Origin: Gammaproteobacteria bacterium
GTDB lineage: Bacteria > Pseudomonadota > Gammaproteobacteria > Steroidobacterales > Rariloculaceae
Assembly (NCBI GenBank): GCA_022820625.1
Contig: JAJEFE010000147.1
Coordinates: 89,297 to 153,296 of the forward strand
Length of the DNA: 64,000 bases
Direction: 5' to 3'
Shown piece after piece: positions 37,965-49,622 of this stretch. Position 1 is the first letter of the stretch. Every line of letters begins with the position of its first letter. The notes under the pieces were generated by a model, which did not search any database, was not told where the DNA came from, and saw only the letters and a list, made by a program, of their open reading frames with translations. The position numbers and the translations under genes are program-made.

Positions 37965-39736
37965 CGGCGATGCCAACCGGTCGATCTGTTGTCTTCGGCA
38001 AGGCGGTCTTTCGTCCCATGCAGCGGGACTCGCGCCACGGGCTCGCATGGAACATCCCTGTTCCTGCGCGCAGGCGCGATGCGGCGAACCCGCCCCGAAT
38101 ACTGCTGGCGATCTTGCTGTTGGCGACCACGTGCGTCGCGGGCGCCCAGGACGTGACTCTGCGCGCCAGCGTGGACCGGTCCACGGTCAGGGAAAACGAG
38201 TCCTTTACCTACGTACTGTCCGTGGAGGGCCAGGTTCGCGACGAACCCGATGTCTCGTTGCTCGCGGCCGACTTCGAGGTCCTGCAGCGTAGCCGCAATA
38301 CCAGCATCCAGATGTTGGGTGGACGCACATCCCAGATCACCGAGTGGCGCTACCAGTTGATGCCCACCGGCCCCGGCTCGTTCACGCTCCCGCCCGTGGA
38401 AATGGCCGGCGCGCTCTCCAACCCCGTGGAATTGCAGGTGCTGCCGGCTCTGGCGAGCGACGCTCCGGGCGATATTTTCCTCGAGGTGGAGATCTCGCCG
38501 GCCACCGCCTACGTCCAGTCCCAGGTCATCTATACGCAGCGGCTGTACCGCGCCGTCAGCACGGGGCGCTCGAGCCTCACGCCGCCCGACGTGACCGGCG
38601 GCGAATCCATTGTCGTGCCGCTGGGAGAGGACCGGGAATACCAGACCGTGCGCGACGACCGGACCTTCATCGTGCTGGAGCGCCGTTACGCCGTGTTCCC
38701 CCAGGTCGCCGGTGAACTGACCATCCAGCCCATGGTGTTCGAGGCGGTGGTCATTACCGCATCGGGGTTCTCCAGCCTGCAGCGATTCCGGTCCGATCCG
38801 GTCAGCCTGTCGGTATTGCCGGCGGTGGCGCCCCCGCCGGAACTGGCCGGGGCCGCCTGGTTGCCGGCCCGCGGGGTATCGATCGAACAGCGCTGGAGCG
38901 GCGATCCCGAAGAGTTCACGGCCGGCATACCCCAGACCCGAACCCTGAGAGTCGAGGTGGAGGGTGTACTGGAGACGCAGATTCCCGACTTGTCGCTGTT
39001 CGAGACGGCCTCCCTGCAGCAGTATGCTGATCAACCGGAACTGGCCCGCGAAAGCAGCGCCGACGGCACCCGCGCGGTGCGCACGGAGCGGTTCGCCGTG
39101 ATTGCCCAGACGGCCGGGGGACTGATCATCCCGGCGGTCGAGTTGCCCTGGTTCAATGTAGACAGCCGGGAATGGGAGGTGGCTCGTATAGAACCCAGGC
39201 CGGTTACGGTCCTTCCGAGCCGCGAACCGGGCGCGGAGCCGGCGCCTGCACCGACACCGGACGCGCCGACGGTGGAAGCCGGACAGACCGGGCAGCGCGT
39301 GTGGCAGGGGATCAGCGCCGCGCTGCTCGCAGCGTGGATGCTGACGCTCCTGGCCTGGCGGCAAAGCGGGCGGGCCAGGCAAGCCGCCGTGCTTCAGCGA
39401 CCCGTGGCCGAGGCACCCAGGGTATCCGAGCGCCGGCTGTTGCGGCAGTTACGGGCCGCATGCAACACCAACGATGCCGGGTTGACGCGCCGGCTGTTGC
39501 TCGCGTGGGGGGCGGCCCGTTTCGGAGAGGAACCCAAGAGCCTCGGCGGGCTGGCGGCGATGCTTCCTGCGGATCTTGCTGCGGCGATCGGCGACCTTGA
39601 ACGAAGCCTCTACGGCCCGGGATCGCCCGAGTGGAACGGCCGTGCGCTCAGGGCGGCCCTGGCTCAGGCCGACGCAGTGACGCGTTCAGGCGCGTCGAAA
39701 GCCGGCGAGCGGGAACTGCTGCCGCTGTACCGTTGA
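37961..39736 (+). CDS. BatD-family protein
   Basis: ASVDR..V...ESF, ERRYAVFPQ, WLPA, C-terminal LLPLY; exact start uncertain. Confidence 0.85.
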   Translation: MTAMPTGRSVVFGKAVFRPMQRDSRHGLAWNIPVPARRRDAANPPRILLAILLLATTCVAGAQDVTLRASVDRSTVRENESFTYVLSVEGQVRDEPDVSLLAADFEVLQRSRNTSIQMLGGRTSQITEWRYQLMPTGPGSFTLPPVEMAGALSNPVELQVLPALASDAPGDIFLEVEISPATAYVQSQVIYTQRLYRAVSTGRSSLTPPDVTGGESIVVPLGEDREYQTVRDDRTFIVLERRYAVFPQVAGELTIQPMVFEAVVITASGFSSLQRFRSDPVSLSVLPAVAPPPELAGAAWLPARGVSIEQRWSGDPEEFTAGIPQTRTLRVEVEGVLETQIPDLSLFETASLQQYADQPELARESSADGTRAVRTERFAVIAQTAGGLIIPAVELPWFNVDSREWEVARIEPRPVTVLPSREPGAEPAPAPTPDAPTVEAGQTGQRVWQGISAALLAAWMLTLLAWRQSGRARQAAVLQRPVAEAPRVSERRLLRQLRAACNTNDAGLTRRLLLAWGAARFGEEPKSLGGLAAMLPADLAAAIGDLERSLYGPGSPEWNGRALRAALAQADAVTRSGASKAGERELLPLYR

Positions 39737-39805
39737 CCGCGCGTGACCGGAATACCTGCTGAGACGGTTGCCCATCCGTTCGCGTGCCTCGCAGGCGCGC
39801 CGCCG

Positions 39806-40225
39806 CTACCAATGACCGGTATTGCCCATGGAAGCCCAGGGTTCGACGGGGGCCTGGGCGGCGCCCTTCTGCAGCAATTCGATGGAGATGTTGTCGGGGG
39901 AGCGGATGAAGGCCATGCGCCCGTCCCGGGGCGGCCTGTTGATGGTGACGCCGGCCTGCATCAGCCGCTCGCAGGTGGCGTAGATGTCATCGACTTCGTA
40001 GGCGACGTGGCCGAAGTTCCGGCCTTCGCCGTAGGCCTCGGGGTCCCAGTTGTAAGTGAGTTCGAGCGGGCATTCTTCCTGCCCTTCCGGCGCCACGAAA
40101 ATGAGAGTGAACCGGCCGGCTTCGAAATCGCTGCGCCGGGTCTGCTTCAGCCCCAGCTTGTTGCAGTAGAAGTCCAGGGACTCTTCAAGGTCGCTTACTC
40201 TGACCATCGTATGCAGATATCGCAC
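39806..40225 (-). CDS. gloA: Lactoylglutathione lyase (glyoxalase I/VOC)
   Basis: YLHTMVRV, LELTYNW, FGHVAY, SPDNISIEL. Confidence 0.85.
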   Translation of the reverse strand: MRYLHTMVRVSDLEESLDFYCNKLGLKQTRRSDFEAGRFTLIFVAPEGQEECPLELTYNWDPEAYGEGRNFGHVAYEVDDIYATCERLMQAGVTINRPPRDGRMAFIRSPDNISIELLQKGAAQAPVEPWASMGNTGHW

Positions 40226-40350
40226 CGTTTATCCTCCAATGTGTTCAGGCAAATTTACGCAATGCGGGCGGCCGGGCGCCGCACCGGCTTCGGCGGGGCG
40301 CGGAATTCCATCCACGGATCGCCGGGCGCCATAGTCTATACCACCCACTC

Positions 40351-41268
40351 ATGAGCAGGCCCGCACGAATCATCTTCGTTCCCGGGATGAAACCCAAGCC
40401 GCCGGAACGGATTCACCGCCAGGTGCTCGGCCGGTGCATGCGGGCGGGGCTCGAACGCGTCGATCCGGATGCGGCAGCGCCGCTGCGGGACGGCGCCAGG
40501 TGCCTGACCACGGCGGCGTGGAATCACGCCTTTTATCGAAGGCACCGCAACATCGAACTGGACAAGCGGAGCATCGAGCGCATCCTCGAGCAACCGGAGC
40601 CCAGCAACGGAGATATCGTGGATATCGAAGCCTTCGCCAGGCGCAAGACACGGATCCTGCTCCGGATGGGTCACGCGGCGCCCCTGTTCTCAAGCCTGTT
40701 TGCAAGGCGCTCGATGCGTCTGACCGTGACCGAAACCCACCGGTATCTCATGAATTGGGGCGGGGTCGCCACGGCCGTGCGCGAGATCGTGCGCAAGGCG
40801 CTGGTCGATGCCTGGTCCGTGGGCGAGCAGGTGCTGTTGATCGGCCATAGTCTGGGCTCGGTCATCGCCTACGACACACTCTGGGAACTTTCCCACGGCG
40901 AGCGCCGCGAGAACGGTCGAATCAGCCTGTTCATGACCCTGGGCAGCCCGCTGGCAAGCCCGATGATCCTGAGGGGTGTCCAGGGCGCCCGGCTATCCGG
41001 CCGGAATCGCTACCCGGAGATCGTCGACCGGTGGCAGAATTTTTCGGCTCGCGGCGAAATCACCGCGCTGCATCCGCGGCTGGGACCGCACTACGGTGAG
41101 ATGGTGGAGTTGGGCTCGCTGGAGGCGCTGCAGGACTGCACCGGCTTCTACAATCACTACCGGGATCGCGGACGCCTGGACGTGCACACGTCCTACGGCT
41201 ATCTCATCACCCGGCCGGTGGCCGAATCCATCGCCGGATGGTTGCAAACGGCAAACGCGGCAGGCTGA
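40351..41268 (+). CDS. Alpha/beta-fold hydrolase, function unknown
   Basis: IGHSLGSVIAYD, MTLGSPL, C-terminal H..YGYL. Confidence 0.75.
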   Translation: MSRPARIIFVPGMKPKPPERIHRQVLGRCMRAGLERVDPDAAAPLRDGARCLTTAAWNHAFYRRHRNIELDKRSIERILEQPEPSNGDIVDIEAFARRKTRILLRMGHAAPLFSSLFARRSMRLTVTETHRYLMNWGGVATAVREIVRKALVDAWSVGEQVLLIGHSLGSVIAYDTLWELSHGERRENGRISLFMTLGSPLASPMILRGVQGARLSGRNRYPEIVDRWQNFSARGEITALHPRLGPHYGEMVELGSLEALQDCTGFYNHYRDRGRLDVHTSYGYLITRPVAESIAGWLQTANAAG

Positions 41269-41292
41269 ACTGCGCTGTGCGGCGGGGTGCCG

Positions 41293-42771
41293 TCAACCTG
41301 TCGGCTGGGGCGTGATCCGCACTTCGATGCGCCGGTTTCGGGCCCGCCCCTGGGCCGTTTCGTTGTTGGCGACGGGGCGCGTTTCGCCGTAGCCCAGTGC
41401 GCTGATCCGCTCGCCTGCGATTTCCAGCCGGTCGCTCAGGTAGGCGCCCACCGCCTCGGCACGGGATCGTGACAGGGACATGTTGGAAATGGCGCCGCCG
41501 TAGGAATCGGTGTGCCCTTCGACCACGACGCTGGACTGCGGGAATACGTCCGCGGCTTCCCCGACCGCCGCAAGCAGTGGCGCGTGGGCCGGGTCGATCT
41601 GGGATGAACCGCTGGCGAACGTCAGGCCCGTGAGCGTGATGACGACGCTTTCGCCTTCCCGCGTTACCTGCGCCTGGTCGACGGAGAACAGGTTCTCGAT
41701 CCGGAGAAACCGTTCGCGAATCCGCTCTTCGGCTTCGAGCTGCTGCACGAGGGCGACGCGTTCGCGAAACACCCCGCCGAGCTGTTCGTCCAGCTCCCGG
41801 ATTTCGTCCTCGAGCCCGGCGATCCGGATGCGGTTTTCTTCGGCATCGGTCTCGAGTTGCCGCTCCCGTTGGCGAAGCGCTTCGATTTCCGCCACCAGGT
41901 CCTCGATTACCGGACCCGGTCCGGCGTCCAGCCGCGCTTCGCGGTCCGCCGCCGCGGCGATCGCCGCAAGACCCTGTTCATGTTCCAGAATGAGGTCTTC
42001 GACGGTCCTGTCCAGGTCCACCAGCTCGCGTACGCGCTCGGTCATGGAAAAGGCGCGCCGTATTTCGTACGTAGCCTGTTCGGCCAGCTGGAGGGCGGGT
42101 TCGACGTCGTAACGGCTTTCATTCAGCGCTGCCTCGGCCTGCGCGAGCAACGCCTGGGCCTGGGCATGGGTGCGTGGCGCATATTGCGGCACGCGGTCGA
42201 GCGCCGCCTGGGCCAGCAGCGCACGGGTCTGGCTGAGATGCTGGGCCTTGATGGCGGTGAGTTCCGCGTCACGGTACAAACTTTCCACTGTCAAGGCCCG
42301 GTCGCCCAAATCAGCGGAGGGGGACGATTCCAATCGCCGGCTGACCGCCCTGAAGGCGTCTTCCGCATCGTCCCATAGCTCAGCCGCAAACAGGTCTGCC
42401 CTCGCTTCCATAGCGTTCACACGGACCTCCAGCAGGGGCGCGAAAGTGGCCGCAGCCGTTGCAGCGGTCGCCGCGGCCTGGCTGAAGGCCGCTTCCGCGT
42501 CCGCCAGCCTGCCCTGAATCCGGTTGATGCTGCGCCCGCGGGCGAGGTCGTTTTCCGCGGCGTTGTAGTCGCTCATTCCCGACTCGTAAGCTGCCGGCGC
42601 CAGTACGGTTGCGTTGGCCGCGTCTGCGGCGGCCAGGGCCGCGTCCGCCGCCTGAAACAGCGGGCTGCGCAGATCCTGAGCAAGTGCCGGCTGCGCCACC
42701 GCCAGGGCGACCCACAAGATGGCAGCCAACCCGCGCCGGAGCGCGCCCCTGTCGTGCATCTCGGAAAGCAT
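41293..42771 (-). CDS. OmpA/MotB C-terminal domain protein with a long helical N-terminus
   Basis: [39 protein letters not shown]. Confidence 0.88.
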   Translation of the reverse strand: MLSEMHDRGALRRGLAAILWVALAVAQPALAQDLRSPLFQAADAALAAADAANATVLAPAAYESGMSDYNAAENDLARGRSINRIQGRLADAEAAFSQAAATAATAAATFAPLLEVRVNAMEARADLFAAELWDDAEDAFRAVSRRLESSPSADLGDRALTVESLYRDAELTAIKAQHLSQTRALLAQAALDRVPQYAPRTHAQAQALLAQAEAALNESRYDVEPALQLAEQATYEIRRAFSMTERVRELVDLDRTVEDLILEHEQGLAAIAAAADREARLDAGPGPVIEDLVAEIEALRQRERQLETDAEENRIRIAGLEDEIRELDEQLGGVFRERVALVQQLEAEERIRERFLRIENLFSVDQAQVTREGESVVITLTGLTFASGSSQIDPAHAPLLAAVGEAADVFPQSSVVVEGHTDSYGGAISNMSLSRSRAEAVGAYLSDRLEIAGERISALGYGETRPVANNETAQGRARNRRIEVRITPQPTG

Positions 42772-42872
42772 GCGATAATCATACGTCAACGTACTGCCGG
42801 CCTGCAGGACGCGCCTTGCCAGGGGTGGGCCTGCGGCCAATGGCGCGCAATTATCGGTTGGATAGAGCACCA

Positions 42873-43859
42873 GTGAGCGAATTTCGCGGCATACCCGTGG
42901 TCGAGAGCGGCCGGAAATACCGGACGCCGGTGGGCTTCATGGCCGTCAAGAACGGCGTCAAGCCGGGCGGACCGGGCGCCGACGGCATGGTTCTCCCCAA
43001 GCCGCCGTGGTTGAAGGCCAGAATTCCTTCGGGGGCGAAATACGCCAGGGTCAAGCGCACCGTGCGCGAGCATCGGCTGGCGACGGTGTGCGAGGAGTCC
43101 ATGTGTCCCAACATCGGCGAGTGCTGGTCCGCCGGCACCGCGACGCTGATGCTGATGGGGTCTGTGTGCACCCGCGCGTGCCGGTTCTGTGCCGTGGACA
43201 CCGGCAATCCGCAGGGCTGGCTGGACCCGGAAGAACCGGATCACGCCGCGGCTTCGGTGGAGTTGATGGGATTGAAGTACGTGGTCATCACGTCGGTGGA
43301 CAGGGACGACCTCGACGACGGCGGCGCCGGGCACTATGCGGCCTGCGTCGCGGCCATCAAGCGGCGAAACCCCGCGACCGCGGTGGAAGCGTTGACGCCG
43401 GATTTTGCGGGGAACCGCGCAAGCGTCAGGACGGTGATCGACTCGGGCGTGGACGTGTTCGCGCAGAATATCGAGACCGTGCGCCGCCTGACCCATCCGG
43501 TCCGGGACCCCAGGGCCGGCTACGATCAGACTCTGGGCGTATTGGCCTGTGCCAAGCAGTATCGACCCGGCGTGTTGACCAAGTCCAGCGTGATGCTGGG
43601 GCTTGGCGAGGCCGATGTGGAGATACGGGAAACGCTGGACGATCTGCGCGACAACGGCGTGGATATAGTCACGTTCGGACAGTACCTCCGGCCGACAATG
43701 AACCACCTCCCGGTGGAGCGTTACGTTCCACCGGAGGATTTCGCGATGTATCGCCGCTGGGGCCTTGAGCGTGGGTTCCTGGAGGTCGTGGCGGGACCGC
43801 TGGTGCGCTCGAGTTACCGGGCGGAGAGAGTCTTCGAAAAGGATAACGTCGGTCTGTGA
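42873..43859 (+). CDS. lipA: Lipoyl synthase
   Basis: [24 protein letters not shown]. Confidence 0.97.
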   Translation: MSEFRGIPVVESGRKYRTPVGFMAVKNGVKPGGPGADGMVLPKPPWLKARIPSGAKYARVKRTVREHRLATVCEESMCPNIGECWSAGTATLMLMGSVCTRACRFCAVDTGNPQGWLDPEEPDHAAASVELMGLKYVVITSVDRDDLDDGGAGHYAACVAAIKRRNPATAVEALTPDFAGNRASVRTVIDSGVDVFAQNIETVRRLTHPVRDPRAGYDQTLGVLACAKQYRPGVLTKSSVMLGLGEADVEIRETLDDLRDNGVDIVTFGQYLRPTMNHLPVERYVPPEDFAMYRRWGLERGFLEVVAGPLVRSSYRAERVFEKDNVGL

Positions 43860-43876
43860 CTGGCTAGAGCGTCATC

Positions 43877-44851
43877 ATGCTTGAGTATGCATTCGACTAT
43901 GGGTTGTTCCTTGCCAAGCTCGGCACGGTGGTCGTGGCGATCGTCGTCGTCGGCGGGTTCATCATCTCGGAAATGCGCCGGGGCGCCGAACAGCGCGGGC
44001 TGACAGTCGAACACCTGAACAGGCGCTTCGAGGAGTTGGGCGATACGGTCAGCCGCGCGGTCCTGGGCAAGGCCCAGTTCAAACAGACGGCCAAACAGCG
44101 CAAGGCCGAGCGCAAGGAGCTCGACAAGAAGGGCTCCCGGCGCCAGCGTGTCTTCGTCATCGACTTCAAGGGGGACATCCGTGCGACAGCGACGACGTCG
44201 CTTCGGGAAGAGGTGTCGGCGATTCTCGCGGTGGCCTCGGAGGGCGACCGGGTGCTGGTGCGGCTGGAGAATGCCGGCGGCACCGTACACGAGCATGGAC
44301 TCGCCGCATCGCAGTTGTTGCGAATACGTCAGAAGGAGTTGCCGCTGATCATCGCCGTGGACAAGGTGGCGGCGAGCGGGGGTTACCTGATGGCCTGCGT
44401 GGCCAGCCACATCATCGCCGCGCCGTTCGCGATCATCGGATCCATCGGCGTAATCGCCCAGCTGCCCAATTTCAACCGCTGGCTGGAGGACAAGGGCGTC
44501 GATTTCGAGCAGGTGACCGCCGGGCGTTTCAAGCGCACCCTGACCCTGTTCGGCAAGAATACGGAAGAAGGGCGGGAAAAACTCCGGGAAGAAATCGAGG
44601 ACGTTCACGACCTGTTCAAAACGCAGATCGCCACCCACCGCCCGCAACTCGATGTCGAGCAGGTGGCCACCGGCGAGTACTGGTACGGCAGCCGCGCCCT
44701 GGAACTGGGACTGATCGACGAAATTCGGACCAGCGACGATTTTCTAGCAGAGGCGGTGGCCGAGTCGGATCTCTACAAGGTTTCATACAAGCGCCGGATG
44801 CCCTTGCCGGAGCGCATACTGGCGGGTGCGGAGAGCCTGTTGAGGCGCTGA
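43877..44851 (+). CDS. sohB: S49 peptidase SohB
   Basis: DFKGDIRA..LREEV, VDKVAASGGYLMAC, GSIGVIAQLPNF. Confidence 0.93.
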   Translation: MLEYAFDYGLFLAKLGTVVVAIVVVGGFIISEMRRGAEQRGLTVEHLNRRFEELGDTVSRAVLGKAQFKQTAKQRKAERKELDKKGSRRQRVFVIDFKGDIRATATTSLREEVSAILAVASEGDRVLVRLENAGGTVHEHGLAASQLLRIRQKELPLIIAVDKVAASGGYLMACVASHIIAAPFAIIGSIGVIAQLPNFNRWLEDKGVDFEQVTAGRFKRTLTLFGKNTEEGREKLREEIEDVHDLFKTQIATHRPQLDVEQVATGEYWYGSRALELGLIDEIRTSDDFLAEAVAESDLYKVSYKRRMPLPERILAGAESLLRR

Positions 44852-44910
44852 CCAACCCATTCGTGCGTTCAAGTCCCCGGTGGCGCGGCAAATGTATGCT
44901 GTTCGCGTTT

Positions 44911-44943
44911 GTTATTGACAATCATTCCTATTTGTCATACTTT
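44911..44943 (+). promoter_or_regulatory. Fur box overlapping a sigma70 promoter of bfd
   Basis: GTTATTGACAATCATTCCT (44911-44929) matches the Fur consensus at 13/19 positions. TTGACA at 44915-44920, 17-nt spacer, TACTTT at 44938-44943. Confidence 0.75.
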
Positions 44944-44949
44944 CGCATC

Positions 44950-45156
44950 ATGTTTGTCTGTATCTGTCGCCGATACCGGGAGCAGGACATCCGCCGCGCC
45001 GCCCACGCGGGGTTGCGGTCCGCTCGGGACATATACAGGGAACTGGGCGCGGAACCCAGCTGCGGCCGGTGCCTGGAATTTGCCGAAGAGGTGATCCGCG
45101 ACGTTCATGTGGGCACGCCGGCCACCGATGCGACCGGCGCGGCCCAGGCCGCGTAA
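44950..45156 (+). CDS. bfd: Bacterioferritin-associated ferredoxin
   Basis: MFVCIC...CGRC; next to bfr. Confidence 0.88.
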   Translation: MFVCICRRYREQDIRRAAHAGLRSARDIYRELGAEPSCGRCLEFAEEVIRDVHVGTPATDATGAAQAA

Positions 45157-45246
45157 CCCGGCCGACTCCATTCGTTTCAGCCAGCCTGAGTCGTTGCAGC
45201 GAAACCGTGCAGGATCGGTCGTGCTGAGCCGAATCGGCTGGTGAAA

Positions 45247-45720
45247 TCAGGCGGCGCCGCTGCGGAGCTGTACGTAGTTCTCGATCCCCATTTTTTCAAT
45301 CAGGTCGAACTGCGCTTCCAGCCAGTCGACGTGTTCTTCCTCGTTCTTCAGAATATCGTCCAGTAGCTGGCGGCTGACATAGTCGCTCTCGCGCTCGCAC
45401 AGTTCGATGCCTTCGCGCAGGTCCGGTATGGCGGCTTGCTCAAGCCGGAGGTCGCACTCGAGCATTTCGCGGACGTCTTCACCGATCATGAGTCTGCCTA
45501 TGTCCTGCAGGTTGGGCAGTCCATCGAGGAAGAGAATCCGCTCCACGAGGCTGTCCGCGTGCTGCATCTCTTCGATGGATTCCTTGTACTCATGCTCCGC
45601 CAGCTCGCTGATGCCCCAGTCCCTGTACATCCGGGAGTGCAGGAAGTACTGGTTGATCGCGGTCAACTCGTTGCGCAGCACCCGGTTCAGGATCGCGATG
45701 ATCTCGTCGTTGCCCTTCAT
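45247..45720 (-). CDS. bfr: Bacterioferritin
   Basis: MKG..ELTAINQYFLH, ESIEEMQHAD, EEEHVDWLE. Confidence 0.97.
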   Translation of the reverse strand: MKGNDEIIAILNRVLRNELTAINQYFLHSRMYRDWGISELAEHEYKESIEEMQHADSLVERILFLDGLPNLQDIGRLMIGEDVREMLECDLRLEQAAIPDLREGIELCERESDYVSRQLLDDILKNEEEHVDWLEAQFDLIEKMGIENYVQLRSGAA

Positions 45721-45855
45721 TTGAATTCCCTTGTTCGGTGAAGGGCGCAATTCTGCCAAAGGTGAGCCCAGGGGTCGAATTCCGAATGCGTCAATCGCGG
45801 AAGTACCGGACGCAGGTCCGTCATGGCCTCGATGCGGTTGCCTGCTTGTCCGGTA

Positions 45856-48800
45856 TCAGTCATCGCCTGAAGATCTGGCCGGGCCGTATCCTCCGCCTCC
45901 CGGTGTCTCCACCACGAAGCGGTCGTTCGTCTGAAGTTGCACCTCCGCCGTTGCGGTCAGCTGCTCGACTTCTCCGTTGGCGCGGATCACGTAGTTTCGT
46001 CCCGGCTGTCCATCCGCGCCGCCCTGCAACCCGAACGGCGCCAGGCGCCTCCGGTTGGAAAGGATCGATACGTTCATGGGTTCGAGAAATCGCAACTCCC
46101 TGATCACGCCGTCGCCGCCGTTACGGCGCCCCCGGCCGCCGCTGCCGGAACGAATGCAGAACCGCTCGAGGCGAACCGGAAACCGCCATTCCAGGACTTC
46201 CGGATCGGTCAGCCGGGAATTGGTCATGTGCGTATGCACGGCGCTCGCGCCGTCGAATCCGGGGCCGCCTCCGGAACCGCCGCAGATCGTCTCGTAATAC
46301 TGATGCCGCTCGTTGCCGAAGGTGAGGTTGTTCATGGTGCCCTGGGACGCCGCGCAAACATTCAGCGCCGCCAGCAGCGCATCGGTAATGCACTGGGACG
46401 TCTCCACGTTGCCGGCCGCCACGGCGGCGGGATAGCGGGGACTGACCAGCGACCCATCGGGCAGGCGGATCGTCAGCGGTTTCATGCAGCCCTGGTTCAG
46501 GGGGATGTCCTCCTCGACCAGGGTTCGGAACACGTACAGCGCGGCGGCGCGGGCGATCGAGGCGGGCGCATTGAAGTTGCCCGGGCTCTCCGGCGAGGTG
46601 CCCTCGAAATCGATAAGGGCACTGCGTTGTCCGTGATCGATGGCGATGCGCGCGCGAATCGTCTCGCCGCCGTCGAGTCCCACCGACCACTTGCCGTCGC
46701 GCAATGTGGCGATGGCGTCACGGACGCATTCCTCTGCGTTGCGCTTGATATGGCCCATGTAGGCGTGAACCACGTCGAGCCCGAAGTGCTCCACCATCGC
46801 GCCGATTTCCGTCACGCCGCGGGTATTGGCGGCGATCTGAGCCTTGAAGTCCGCCACGTTCTGATCCGGATTGCGGGCAGGATACTCGCCCGAGGCCAAC
46901 AGCCTGCGGACCGCGTCCTCCCGGAACCCGCCGCTCTCCACCAGCCGGAAGTTGTCGATCAGGACGCCCTCCTCGTGAATCGATGCGCTGCTGGCAGGCA
47001 TCGACCCCGGCGAGCATCCGCCGATGTCGGCGTGATGGGCGCGGCAGGCCACCGAAAAGATCAGTTCCCCGCCTTCGGCATCGAATACCGGGGTCACCAC
47101 CGTGACGTCGGGCAAATGGGTTCCGCCGTTGTACGGAGCATTCAACATGAATGTATCGCCGGGCTTCATGGAGTCGCCGCGATGGGCGAGTATGGTCCGG
47201 ACGCTGTCGCCCATGGAACCGAGATGTACCGGCATGTGCGGTGCGTTGGCGATGAGGTCTCCCTCCGGATCGAACACGCCGCAGGAGAAGTCCAGGCGTT
47301 CCTTGATGTTCACCGAATGGGCGGTGTTCTCCAGCACGACGCCCATCTGCTCGGCGATGTGCATGAAGAGGTTGTTGAAGACCTCGAGCATCACCGGGTC
47401 CGCCTCCGTGCCGATGCGTTCCGAGGCGGGCCGCGGCGTGTGCCGGGCCAGAATCACGTGGCCGAATTCGTTGACCGTGGCGCGCCAGTCCGGCTCGATG
47501 ACCAGGGTGGAGTTGTCCTCGACGAGGATCGCCGGCCCGTCGATCCGGCACCCGGCGGCAAGACGCTCGCGACGGAATATACGGGTCGGCACGCGCCGGT
47601 CTCCGAACCAGGCGTCCCGAACGGCTTCCGCCTCGGGATCGCGCTCGCCGCCGGTCCAGCGGGGTTCCGCCACCCGGGCGCCGGGCACCGTCGCTTCGGA
47701 CTCCACCGACTCGACGATCAGCGCGGTACGGCCGGGTTCGAATCCGAAACGCGCCTGGTGCGCACGGCGGAACTCCTGCGCCATTCGGCGGGCGTCGCCA
47801 TGCCAGGACACGATCAGAGACGTGTCCGATCCGGCCACCCTGAACATCGCGCGCCGGACGAAACGCAGCTGCGCGGCGTCCACGCCCTGGCGTGCCAGCA
47901 ACCGCGCATTGGCGGCCTCGAGTTCGGCGTACACCGATTCAAGTTCCGGCAGCAGTTCTTCGCTCAGGGACTGCTCGACGCTGCGCTGCTGGAGCGAGCG
48001 CATCTCCGCCATGCCCATGCCGTAGGCGGACAGTACCCCGGCCAAGGGGTGCAGGAAGACCTGCTCCACGCCCAGCGCGTCGGCCACCTGGCAGGCATGC
48101 TGTCCCGCCGCGCCGCCGAAGCAGCACAGCGTGAAGCGGCTGACGTCGTGCCCGCGCTGGGTGGAAATCCGCTTGATGGCATTGGCCATGCGCTCCACGG
48201 CGATGCGCAGGAAACCGGCCGCCAGCCGATCGATATCCACCGGCTTGCCGGTTTGCCGACGGACCTCCTTTGCGAGTTGCTCGAAGCGCCGTGAAACCAC
48301 TTCGGCATCGATACCCTCGTTCCCTTCCGGGCCGAAAACCTCGGGAAAGTGGTCCGGCTGTATGCGGCCCAGGAGCACGTTTGCATCGGTGACGGTGAGA
48401 GGCCCGCCGTTGCGGTAGCAGGCAGGTCCCGGATACGCGCCGGCGGATTCGGGCCCAACCTGGAGCCGCTGGGAAGCGAACCTGAGGATCGAGCCGCCAC
48501 CCGCCGCCACGGTTTCGACCCGCATCACCGGGGCGCTGAAACGGACGCCGGCGATGGTCATGTGGCCTGAGCGTTCGAACTCGCCGTTGTATAGCGATAC
48601 GTCGGTGGACGTGCCCCCCATGTCGAATCCGATCAGGCGTCGAAGCCCCGCCGCCGAAGCGGTCTCCGCCATACCCACCACGCCGCCTGCGGGACCGGAG
48701 AGAATGCTGTCCTTGCCGCGAAACGCATCCGCGCTCACCAGCCCGCCGTGACTCTGCATGAACAGCAGCGGCGCGTCACCCAGCCGCTCGGCCAGCCCCT

Positions 48801-49482
48801 CGCGCACCTGGCGCACGTAGCGGCTCAGCACCGGGGAGAGGTAGGCGTCGGCCAGCGTGGTATCGCCCCGGGAGATGAGCTTCATCAGGGCGCTGGTGTC
48901 ATGGGATACGGAAATCTGCTCAAACCCCAGGTCGCCGGCGATCCGGCCGGCCAGTCGTTCGTGCTCGGGGAAGCGGTAGCCGTGAAGAAAGACGATCGCG
49001 ACGCTGTTCACGCCGCCGGCCCGCGCCTGGGCAAGCTCGCTGCGCAGTCTCGCCTGGTTCAGGGGCGTAATCACCTCGCCCGTCGCAGAGATGCGCTCCT
49101 CCGCCTCGATCACCTGGCTGTAGAGCATCTCGGGCAGCTTGATTTCAAGCGCGAAGATATCCGGGCGGTTCTGGTATCCGATCCGCAGCGCGTCGCCGAA
49201 ACCCCTGGTCGTTACCAGCGCTGTGGACGCGCCGCGGCGCTGCAGCAGGGCGTTGGTGGCCACCGTGGTTCCCATGCGAACCGCGGCAATGGGTGCGGGG
49301 TCCTCACCGGCGGAGAACAGGCCGATGCCGTGAACGGCGGCGTCGGCGTAGTGCCCCGGGTTTTCCGACAGCAGCTTGACGGAGGCGATCTCGCCTTGCG
49401 GACTCCTGGCGACCACGTCGGTGAAGGTACCGCCGCGGTCGATCCAGAACTCCCAGCCCCTTGTGTTGTCCGCTGCCTTCAT
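45856..49482 (-). CDS. ATP-hydrolysing 5-oxoprolinase (fused hydantoinase A+B type)
   Basis: [49 protein letters not shown]. Confidence 0.92.
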   Translation of the reverse strand: MKAADNTRGWEFWIDRGGTFTDVVARSPQGEIASVKLLSENPGHYADAAVHGIGLFSAGEDPAPIAAVRMGTTVATNALLQRRGASTALVTTRGFGDALRIGYQNRPDIFALEIKLPEMLYSQVIEAEERISATGEVITPLNQARLRSELAQARAGGVNSVAIVFLHGYRFPEHERLAGRIAGDLGFEQISVSHDTSALMKLISRGDTTLADAYLSPVLSRYVRQVREGLAERLGDAPLLFMQSHGGLVSADAFRGKDSILSGPAGGVVGMAETASAAGLRRLIGFDMGGTSTDVSLYNGEFERSGHMTIAGVRFSAPVMRVETVAAGGGSILRFASQRLQVGPESAGAYPGPACYRNGGPLTVTDANVLLGRIQPDHFPEVFGPEGNEGIDAEVVSRRFEQLAKEVRRQTGKPVDIDRLAAGFLRIAVERMANAIKRISTQRGHDVSRFTLCCFGGAAGQHACQVADALGVEQVFLHPLAGVLSAYGMGMAEMRSLQQRSVEQSLSEELLPELESVYAELEAANARLLARQGVDAAQLRFVRRAMFRVAGSDTSLIVSWHGDARRMAQEFRRAHQARFGFEPGRTALIVESVESEATVPGARVAEPRWTGGERDPEAEAVRDAWFGDRRVPTRIFRRERLAAGCRIDGPAILVEDNSTLVIEPDWRATVNEFGHVILARHTPRPASERIGTEADPVMLEVFNNLFMHIAEQMGVVLENTAHSVNIKERLDFSCGVFDPEGDLIANAPHMPVHLGSMGDSVRTILAHRGDSMKPGDTFMLNAPYNGGTHLPDVTVVTPVFDAEGGELIFSVACRAHHADIGGCSPGSMPASSASIHEEGVLIDNFRLVESGGFREDAVRRLLASGEYPARNPDQNVADFKAQIAANTRGVTEIGAMVEHFGLDVVHAYMGHIKRNAEECVRDAIATLRDGKWSVGLDGGETIRARIAIDHGQRSALIDFEGTSPESPGNFNAPASIARAAALYVFRTLVEEDIPLNQGCMKPLTIRLPDGSLVSPRYPAAVAAGNVETSQCITDALLAALNVCAASQGTMNNLTFGNERHQYYETICGGSGGGPGFDGASAVHTHMTNSRLTDPEVLEWRFPVRLERFCIRSGSGGRGRRNGGDGVIRELRFLEPMNVSILSNRRRLAPFGLQGGADGQPGRNYVIRANGEVEQLTATAEVQLQTNDRFVVETPGGGGYGPARSSGDD

Positions 49483-49622
49483 CGGAAACAGGGCAGGGCG
49501 CCGCTAACTCATCTGCGGCCGCAAGCGCAGCTCACTGGGCGACCTGATGCTTTCGCCACGGACTCGCATGGATCAACATCCGCTTCCTTTGCGTCTGCGC
49601 GATGATGCCGTCGCGACAACGG

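Noticed and set aside
49490-49560. Possible structured RNA or riboswitch upstream of the oxoprolinase gene
   Set aside because: Only short GC-rich stems were seen, with no recognisable riboswitch consensus; it would need an Rfam/Infernal search.
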